From NCBI GenBank assembly GCA_965228475.1, contig OZ245817.1:2144001-2208000 (forward strand): a stretch of 64,000 nucleotides of DNA, given 5' to 3'. This document shows, one piece after another, positions 62,801 to 64,000 of this stretch; within the stretch, counting starts at the first letter, position 1; the number at the start of each line of letters is the position of its first letter. A program made the translations under genes and the position numbers. The notes beneath the pieces were generated by a model. That model had not been told where the DNA came from. It did not search any database and saw nothing but the letters and a program-made list of their open reading frames with translations. This DNA is from Myxococcota bacterium. GTDB lineage: Bacteria > Myxococcota_A > UBA9160 > JAFDDA01.

Positions 62801-63253
62801 TTGCCGCTGACGGAGGCCGACCTCCTGAACGCGACCAACGCGGACTGCGACACGCCGATCGATCGCGGCTACTACGTGGTGGCCGATCACGCCGAGAAGT
62901 TCGTCACGAGCAGCGTGGTCTTCCTCGGAACGCTCTTCACCGGCTCCTTCGTGCCGATCGACTCGAGCGACCCCTGCGTCGCGGGCGGGTTGGCGTACCT
63001 CTGGCTCTTCCGCTTCAGCTGCGGAGAGGGCGACGGTCCGGGCACGACCGAGAACGAGAAGCGCAAGTCCGAACTCGGAACCGGCCTGCCGACGTCGCCG
63101 CGGATCTCCGTCGGCAACAGCGGCGAGGAAGAGGACGACGAGTGCGAAGAGATGAAGGTGGTGGTGATCACCAGTGAGGGCCAGGTGGCGACCGACTGCG
63201 CCGGGAAGCGCCCGAACTCGGGCACCTACCTGCGCGAGTGGCGCCAGGACTAG
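59852..63253 (+). CDS. pilY1: Pilus tip adhesin PilY1 (vWA-like domain plus beta-propeller)
   Basis: Signal peptide, DNSGSM, TPLGES, ITDGEP, LGDIYH, GSNDGFLHAF, GETWSEP and YIGDLGG. AAGGAG RBS. Confidence 0.9.
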   Translation: MNRQRTPYKNQIVILVAALGLLAPGTSQADDTVLFSAAVAPNVLLHVDNSGSMNHIVWHEAYDPSQAVTCTRYNNTGSYSVSSDTVVNNGGWTGCNAGNQTIYEDPSIPNNTRYTGHYLNWYYSPVSVPFHTEIAQMNNGTRSTCLGGGNFSLYRRSRVTAAKQILSDVICQVNQNGEVRFGLSKFRLGSDPRGGYVRVGVDDYSTAHGVALANAIDELEGETWTPLGESVYQIYSYFLSRNTADIPNGQNGTTAFREYSFDTSGNKVTPGASSIPDDPVQYSCQKNFVIVITDGEPTRDDFDNGGGGGTDWGFERFMQVIGDYNMDGEVEVPGGCSECAFYLDDIAKWMQENDMRPDLDGDQVIDTYTVGFTTNAVANALLSKAAQNGNGLFFQSNNAEELTEAIVESVTDIIQKSQSFTAATVPASRTTDGNDIFFSSFVPSDDAGFWEGHLKNYEFTLDGRILDANGDCALDDPSGDCLFGTLLPTAPPIFDAAEEIGDPATRNLMVSLGGALTTFGTGLSAADLNVVDDEMDGPADEIALYADSNATTLEELADEIVEYFTGCAFGSTPCLARRDLAPPEPMLGDIYHANPVVIAPPNAAISEQSYIDFATKYQERTKIIYGGSNDGFLHAFQAGAWNGVANAFDRGTGEEIFGFMPYQARLNMQLQPLDNAPRDVYFVDGSPQAADVWIPSTTLDTTKEVDEWHTVMVGGMRQGGTQYYALDITNPDGLAGGPAYPTYLWEFPSENPAHPNAVEAPWMGETWSEPILTRVKIGVPSGPSTTQVVERWVAIFGSGFSVEGDPNDDTNYDPNSLEGRALYIVDIGTGEVIAAKRFDPLSTGVEADLDYAFPSAPSVFDLDRNGDADVVYIGDLGGQVFRWVLQGTDPSAWELEKVLQADPFDYTVAGVPETYYKSFFFPPTGLTRNGVLWLGMGTGERHQLKFEGVDIDGDGDPDVDDGDNNRFYVFSDLYPEQVGVDPALPLTEADLLNATNADCDTPIDRGYYVVADHAEKFVTSSVVFLGTLFTGSFVPIDSSDPCVAGGLAYLWLFRFSCGEGDGPGTTENEKRKSELGTGLPTSPRISVGNSGEEEDDECEEMKVVVITSEGQVATDCAGKRPNSGTYLREWRQD

Positions 63254-63273
63254 TCCGAGACCACCGAGAACCC

Positions 63274-63298
63274 GGGGCGGGGGGAGAACCCCCGCCCC
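63274..63298 (+). terminator. GC hairpin after pilY1 (weak U tract)
   Basis: GGGGCGGGGG-GAGAA-CCCCCGCCCC followed by ATCTTT. Confidence 0.45.
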
Positions 63299-63351
63299 AT
63301 CTTTCGCGGGAAGGCCCGCCCCGCTCCGGCGGGAAGTTCAGGGAGACCGAC

Positions 63352-63690
63352 ATGAAGAGCATCCGACCCTTCCGATCCGTTCGACTGGCCCTCGTGGCAG
63401 CCGCGGCGCTCTGGACCCTGCAGGGGGGCAGCGTGGCCGCCGAGGATCTGCCGATCGGCGTGGCCTCGAGCAAGAATCTGGTTGAGCGGACCGTGGTGAT
63501 CGACGATCAGACCTTCCAGGTGGAAGGGTCGACCCGGATCGTCGATCGGCAGGGTCTGCCGATGACGTTCGAGCAGGTGAAGACGGAAGAGGACTTCGGG
63601 GGGCTCGTCCCGCTCGATGACGTCACCTACGCCTACGAAGCGAACGGGCGAAGCCTCGGTCTGCTGAAGGCCGTCGTTTCACCGCGCTAG
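63352..63690 (+). CDS. Small secreted protein, possibly PilY2-like
   Basis: Signal peptide, beta-rich TVVIDDQTFQV; follows pilY1. Confidence 0.55.
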   Translation: MKSIRPFRSVRLALVAAAALWTLQGGSVAAEDLPIGVASSKNLVERTVVIDDQTFQVEGSTRIVDRQGLPMTFEQVKTEEDFGGLVPLDDVTYAYEANGRSLGLLKAVVSPR

Positions 63691-63770
63691 CCGGGCCGTC
63701 GCGCGAACGCCACGGCCATCGAAGCCGCGCCATCGGGCGCGGAGGTCCCGTCTCCCCCCAGGAGAACATC

Positions 63771-64000
63771 ATGCAGCGGTTGCAGCAGATCGGACGCCTC
63801 GGAATCCTGGGGGCCTTCGCCGTCACCAGTGCCCTGGCCGGGTCGGGATGCGGGAGCGACGAAGTCGCGCCGCCCCCGGTCGCCGAAGCCGAGGTCGAGG
63901 CGGAGGACGAGGGCGAGTGGGAAGAGAACACCGTGCCGGTGATCTCGTGGGTTCGTCTCGAGCCCGACACGCCCGCCGCGGGCGCCAGCGTCAAGGCGCG
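63771..64000 (+). CDS. Putative lipoprotein, N-terminal part (runs off the window)
   Basis: AGGAG RBS, MQRLQQIGRLGILGAFAVTSALAGSGC lipobox-like signal, then NTVPVI (Ig-like domain start). Confidence 0.6.
   Translation, partial: MQRLQQIGRLGILGAFAVTSALAGSGCGSDEVAPPPVAEAEVEAEDEGEWEENTVPVISWVRLEPDTPAAGASVKA

Overview
A GC-rich (roughly 70% by eye) bacterial chromosome segment. It is most likely Myxococcota/deltaproteobacterial, judged from romR next to valS, the nadC-birA-coaX-EF-G2-mglA-like block, and ribF-pilB-pilT-pilC-pilS-pilR. It carries housekeeping genes (sat, ald, valS, nadC, birA, coaX, coaD, coaBC, ribF), peptidoglycan-recycling genes (anmK, amgK/murU-like, an spmAB fusion, dacB), a doubled glycosyltransferase-methyltransferase cassette, an NfeD/SPFH/HflKC operon, and a type IVa pilus locus with minor pilins and PilY1. 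I found no tRNA, rRNA, CRISPR array, integrase or transposase. The most notable observations are: (1) an orphan sigma-28 (FliA/WhiG family) with no flagellar genes in the window, preceded by a sigma-54 promoter, with four sigma-28-like boxes of identical N16 spacing upstream of romR, a PP2C phosphatase, pilB and the minor-pilin operon, suggesting a flagellar-type cascade rewired to pilus/polarity genes; (2) two inverted copies of a ~130-bp structured element with different but perfectly pairing stems, identical internal motifs and a variable 36-38 nt core; (3) a membrane-anchored coiled-coil protein with a RelE/HigB-like C-terminus; (4) a degenerate MglA-like GTPase beside a GAF protein with a degenerate GGDEF domain and intact I-site; (5) an apparent CTG start codon and an in-frame rsmD-coaD fusion. 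Product calls come from motif recognition, not database searches.
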